DNA of 19,102 nucleotides from Candidatus Fraserbacteria bacterium (GTDB lineage Bacteria > Bipolaricaulota > Bipolaricaulia > RBG-16-55-9): contig JBBIOR010000008.1 in NCBI GenBank assembly GCA_037443265.1, forward strand, positions 27,994 to 47,095, in the 5' to 3' direction. Below, one piece after another: positions 16,107-19,102 of this stretch (positions are counted from its first letter, which is position 1; each line of letters opens with the position of its first letter). A program made the position numbers and the translations under genes. The notes beneath the pieces were generated by a model. That model did no database searches and was not told the DNA's origin. It was given only the letters and a program-made list of their open reading frames with translations.

Positions 16107-17309
16107 ATGGTGGATTTCAAGATCTCTGAGGAGATCCAGCTGATCTGCCGCGGGCTCCGCTCATTTATAGAGAAAGAGGTGCAGCCCCTAGAAGAGCGCC
16201 ACAGAAAATATCTGGAAGATGAGCGCACCCGCCTTAAGGACGACGGCCGCCTCGTCCCCGAGTTCAAAGCTCTCATGGATCAGGTGCGGAGACGCTCGGC
16301 CGAGCTGGGCTACTACGCCATGCACATGCCCCAGGAAGTCGGGGGCGGAGGGGTCGGCCGCGTCGGCCTCTTTTACGCCTATCGAGAAGTCTTCCGCCAC
16401 GGCTTGGGGCTCAATATCAGCGTGCTAGCCGGCCCCGAAGGCCCCAGCCCCATGCTCCTGGCGCTCAACGAGCCCCAGCGCGAAAGATTTTTAAAACCCC
16501 TCATCCGCGGGGAGAAGACCACCTGCTTTGCGCTCACCGAGCCCGAGGCCGGCTCCGATATCAAGAACCTCAAGACCCGGGCTGAAAAGAAGGGCAATCA
16601 TTACATCTTGAACGGCATAAAGACGTTCATCACCAACGCCGCAGACGCGGATTTCGCCCAAGTATTTGCCGTGACAGACCCGAAGATCTACAAAGAGCAC
16701 GGCTATAGGGGCGTGACGGCTCTTCTCGTGGAGCGCGATACGGCGGGCTATCAAGTGGGCAAGATCAATCGCAGCCTCCTAGACGACGGCTCGCAGGCGG
16801 AGCTCATCTTTGAGAATTGCAAAGTCCCGGCGGAGAACGTCATCGGCCCGGAAGGCATGGGGTTTTATATCGCCATGAGCTGGCTGGGGATCGGGCGACT
16901 CAACATCGCGGCCCTGAGCGTGGGCTTGGCCCATTATCTTTTAGAGTGCTGCCTCGAATACTCCAAGGTGCGCACGGCCTTCGGAAGCCCCATCGGTAGA
17001 TTCCAGCACATCCGGGGGATGATCGCCGAATCCGCCGCGGAACTATACGCCGCCGAGCAGATGGTCCTACACGCCTCCTGGAGGATGGATCAGGGCGAGC
17101 AGATCATTAAAGAGAGCTCGATGGCCAAGTGGTACGCCACAAACATGCTCTATCGCCTGGCCGATCGAGCTGTTCAAATTCACGGTGGCATGGGCGTAAT
17201 GAAAGAGCTTCCCATCGAACGCATCTTTCGATTCGCCCGAGTGCTGAGGATCGTCGAGGGCACAGACGAGATCCAGAAGGAGACCATCGCCAAATCCCTT
17301 GAACTCTAG
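16107..17309 (+). CDS. Acyl-CoA dehydrogenase family protein
   Basis: CFALTEPEAGSD, LNGIKTFITNA, RTAFGSPIGRFQ, AVQIHGGMG, RIVEGTDEIQ; ATG 16107 (MVDF) preferred over TTG 16095. Confidence 0.96.
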   Translation: MVDFKISEEIQLICRGLRSFIEKEVQPLEERHRKYLEDERTRLKDDGRLVPEFKALMDQVRRRSAELGYYAMHMPQEVGGGGVGRVGLFYAYREVFRHGLGLNISVLAGPEGPSPMLLALNEPQRERFLKPLIRGEKTTCFALTEPEAGSDIKNLKTRAEKKGNHYILNGIKTFITNAADADFAQVFAVTDPKIYKEHGYRGVTALLVERDTAGYQVGKINRSLLDDGSQAELIFENCKVPAENVIGPEGMGFYIAMSWLGIGRLNIAALSVGLAHYLLECCLEYSKVRTAFGSPIGRFQHIRGMIAESAAELYAAEQMVLHASWRMDQGEQIIKESSMAKWYATNMLYRLADRAVQIHGGMGVMKELPIERIFRFARVLRIVEGTDEIQKETIAKSLEL

Positions 17310-17317
17310 GGCTGGAT

Positions 17318-17346
17318 TTGGCGGGCACCCAGCGCGCCGCTATAAT
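17318..17346 (+). promoter_or_regulatory. Putative promoter of the membrane wHTH regulator
   Basis: TTGGCG (17318-17323), 17 nt, TATAAT (17341-17346). Confidence 0.6.
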
Positions 17347-17378
17347 GCGGAAAGCAGATGGGTGGAAGGAGCGCCGGC

Positions 17379-18323
17379 ATGACAGCCGCAGCCGGATCGG
17401 GAAGGAGAGAGGCGGTGTGGCGCAACCGCCCCTTCTGGAGCAGGGTAGCCGCCATGCTGATCATCGCGCTCCTCGTGGATGGGGTCCATCTCTACCTCCG
17501 CTGGCACAGCCTCCAGCAGGAGCGAGGCACCCAGGCGAAGATCTTCACCCGCTCTGTCGCTGAGATCATTGATCTCAAGCCCAAAACGGAGCCAGAGATC
17601 CGAGCTTTGCTTGAGACGATCGTACGAGGCAGCATCTACTACGCTCAGTGGGCCCTTGGGGGGCAGATTCGCGTGGAGTTGCGCAGCCCAGAAGCGGCCA
17701 GCTTGAACCTACCACCCCTGGAGACAGGAAGCAGACGACCCCACCTCGAGCTGCGAACTCTGGCGGATGGGCTTCCCATCCTCGACGTGACGGAGCCGCT
17801 TCCCTACTCCGATGGCTATGTGCGAGTCGGCTTCTCCATGGCTTCGGTCGTCTGGACAGCCATCCAGGAGACGTTGCTTGCGCTTGGGATCAGCGTGGCA
17901 GGCGTCTTTGGATTGGGGTTGCTAGTAACCGGCACGTTCCTGTTAAAAAGCCGAGCTGCTTTGAGAGACTCAGCCGAGTCGTCCTTGCGTGACGGGCAGA
18001 CTCCCACACAGCCCCAGGGGTCTACCCTCTCCGTCAGCGGCTTACGCATCGATGACGCCCGCAAGGCCGTCTTCAGCCACAATGGCCACGCCTTGCCTCT
18101 GTCTCCTAAGGAGTACAGTTTGCTGCGTCTTTTGGCTTCGGAGCCTGGCCGGGTCTTCTCCGCTGAGGAGATCCGCCGCGAGCTCTGGTCGAATGGCCAC
18201 GGGATGACCCGCAAGGACGTCACTCACTACGTCTATCTCTTGAGAAAGAGACTGCAAGCACAGGACATCTCTCCCCAGATCATCGAGAACGTTCGAGGCC
18301 ATGGATACAAGCTTTCGCTCTGA
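17379..18323 (+). CDS. Membrane-anchored regulator: TM, extracytoplasmic domain, TM, C-terminal OmpR/PhoB-type winged helix
   Basis: Hydrophobic segments VAAMLIIALLVDGVHLYL and LLALGISVAGVFGLGLLVTGTFLL. C-terminal LSPKEYSLLRLLASEPGRVFS..EI...LW...YVYLLRKRL...IENVRGHGYKL matches Trans_reg_C. ATG 17379 has SD AAGGAG (alternative start 17358). Confidence 0.85.
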   Translation: MTAAAGSGRREAVWRNRPFWSRVAAMLIIALLVDGVHLYLRWHSLQQERGTQAKIFTRSVAEIIDLKPKTEPEIRALLETIVRGSIYYAQWALGGQIRVELRSPEAASLNLPPLETGSRRPHLELRTLADGLPILDVTEPLPYSDGYVRVGFSMASVVWTAIQETLLALGISVAGVFGLGLLVTGTFLLKSRAALRDSAESSLRDGQTPTQPQGSTLSVSGLRIDDARKAVFSHNGHALPLSPKEYSLLRLLASEPGRVFSAEEIRRELWSNGHGMTRKDVTHYVYLLRKRLQAQDISPQIIENVRGHGYKLSL

Positions 18324-18324
18324 A

Positions 18325-18341
18325 TTCGATCCATTTTCGAT
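18325..18341 (+). promoter_or_regulatory. Direct-repeat box 1 (TTCGAT-N5-TTCGAT)
   Basis: TTCGATCCATTTTCGAT with 11-bp period; an extra phased TTCGCT at 18314. Confidence 0.65.
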
Positions 18342-18400
18342 GGCTTTCAGGGCAGACTTTCTGTTATATGGCAGAGGCACATCCAAGGGGGTCGGCGGAC

Positions 18401-18982
18401 ATGGCTAGCGTAGAGGCATCAGCAACGTGGAAGAGCTTGGGGGTGGCTGTACTGCTCCTGTTGTCTGCGGGAGTGATCCAGCCGGTGGCCAGCTCGACCA
18501 CCGCCGACTTGATTACCCAGACGCTAGAGCAACTAGATTTGGCTTTGCAACAAGCGGTCTTAGCGCATGTAAGGTTCCCGCTGGAAGATCTACAGCTCCA
18601 CGCTCATGCCGTGATCAACGTGCTCGAGGGACGAGCTGGAGCCCACTATGACTCCTCCTATGCCAACCCTGGAGATGGTGTGGGAGTCGTAAGCTATTTG
18701 GAGCAGATCCGCCAGGCCCCAGAGATTTGGGGAGCGAGCGAGGAGCTCCGGGTGGCCTTGGAGAACGTCTCCTCGTATCTAAAGCAGGCCATCGACCACA
18801 CCCTCCGAGCCTTGGCCGAGAAGGATCTCGCGAACGCTCAGGCCGAGATGCGCTGGGCTTTGGCGTTCTTGAGTGCGGCCAAGGGGCGAGAGGTGGAACT
18901 GACGGCCGTAAGCGGCCTGCTCGGCCTCAAGGCCCGGCTAGCCCCAACACCGGCGTCGTCGCCCTCGGGGTCTGAGAAGTAG
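18401..18982 (+). CDS. Secreted or membrane-anchored helical hypothetical protein
   Basis: ATG 18401 with SD AAGGGGG (alternative start 18368); signal-like KSLGVAVLLLLSAGVIQPVA; Ala/Leu/Glu-rich helices with HAHAVINVLEG and NPGDGVG. Confidence 0.75.
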   Translation: MASVEASATWKSLGVAVLLLLSAGVIQPVASSTTADLITQTLEQLDLALQQAVLAHVRFPLEDLQLHAHAVINVLEGRAGAHYDSSYANPGDGVGVVSYLEQIRQAPEIWGASEELRVALENVSSYLKQAIDHTLRALAEKDLANAQAEMRWALAFLSAAKGREVELTAVSGLLGLKARLAPTPASSPSGSEK

Positions 18983-18985
18983 AAC

Positions 18986-19024
18986 TTCGATCCTTTTTCG
19001 ATCCTCCCTCTGTTGTTTTTCGAT
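18986..19024 (+). promoter_or_regulatory. Direct-repeat box 2 (TTCGAT x3) with downstream -10-like TAAAAT
   Basis: TTCGAT at 18986, 18997 and 19019 (spacings 11 and 22); TAAAAT at 19038-19043. Confidence 0.65.
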
Positions 19025-19102
19025 GCAATCTGCTCTTTAAAATAAAAAGGGCTTGGCCCGGGCAGGGTGTGATTTGAGGACGCGGTTCGAGGCTGCAGGC
19101 CA

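Noticed and set aside
1252..18975. Many short antisense or overlapping ORFs in the six-frame track
   Set aside because: They are shadow ORFs of high-GC coding sequence, overlap well-supported genes and show no recognisable motifs.
19048..19102. GGTTCGA resembling a tRNA T-loop near the window end
   Set aside because: The flanking bases do not form a T-stem or cloverleaf; more likely the 5' region of the next gene.
1..19102. CRISPR arrays, IS elements, rRNA or tRNA genes
   Set aside because: No repeat-spacer periodicity, transposase or integrase motifs, or structural RNA signatures were seen.

Overview
GC-rich bacterial window dominated by an aromatic amino acid biosynthesis supercluster on the minus strand: aroB-aroQ-chorismate mutase-pheA | leader peptide-aroF(DAHP synthase)-tyrA-aroA-aroE-aroC | DsrE-like gene | trpE-G-D-C-B-A. 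No aroK or trpF is present. On the left are a partial ABC substrate-binding gene, an HxlR regulator with twin palindromic operators and a GNAT. On the right are an acyl-CoA dehydrogenase, a two-TM protein with a C-terminal OmpR-type winged helix, and a secreted protein. The main finding is that trpE is split over three reading frames, and both junctions contain the same in-frame CTT-TGG-T (Leu-Trp) motif. A +1 slip at each motif lands exactly in the next TrpE frame and gives a 466-aa protein. The first site (GGGTGAG TAT CTT TGG) closely mimics the prfB programmed +1 frameshift site (AGGGGG TAT CTT TGA), with a Trp codon in place of the stop. This suggests a tryptophan-starvation-sensing double ribosomal frameshift gating the trp operon (inference). 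The aro operon has its own unannotated Phe/Tyr/Trp-rich 30-aa leader peptide with no classical intrinsic terminator. The membrane wHTH regulator is accompanied by 11-bp-phased TTCGAT boxes in the two following intergenic regions.
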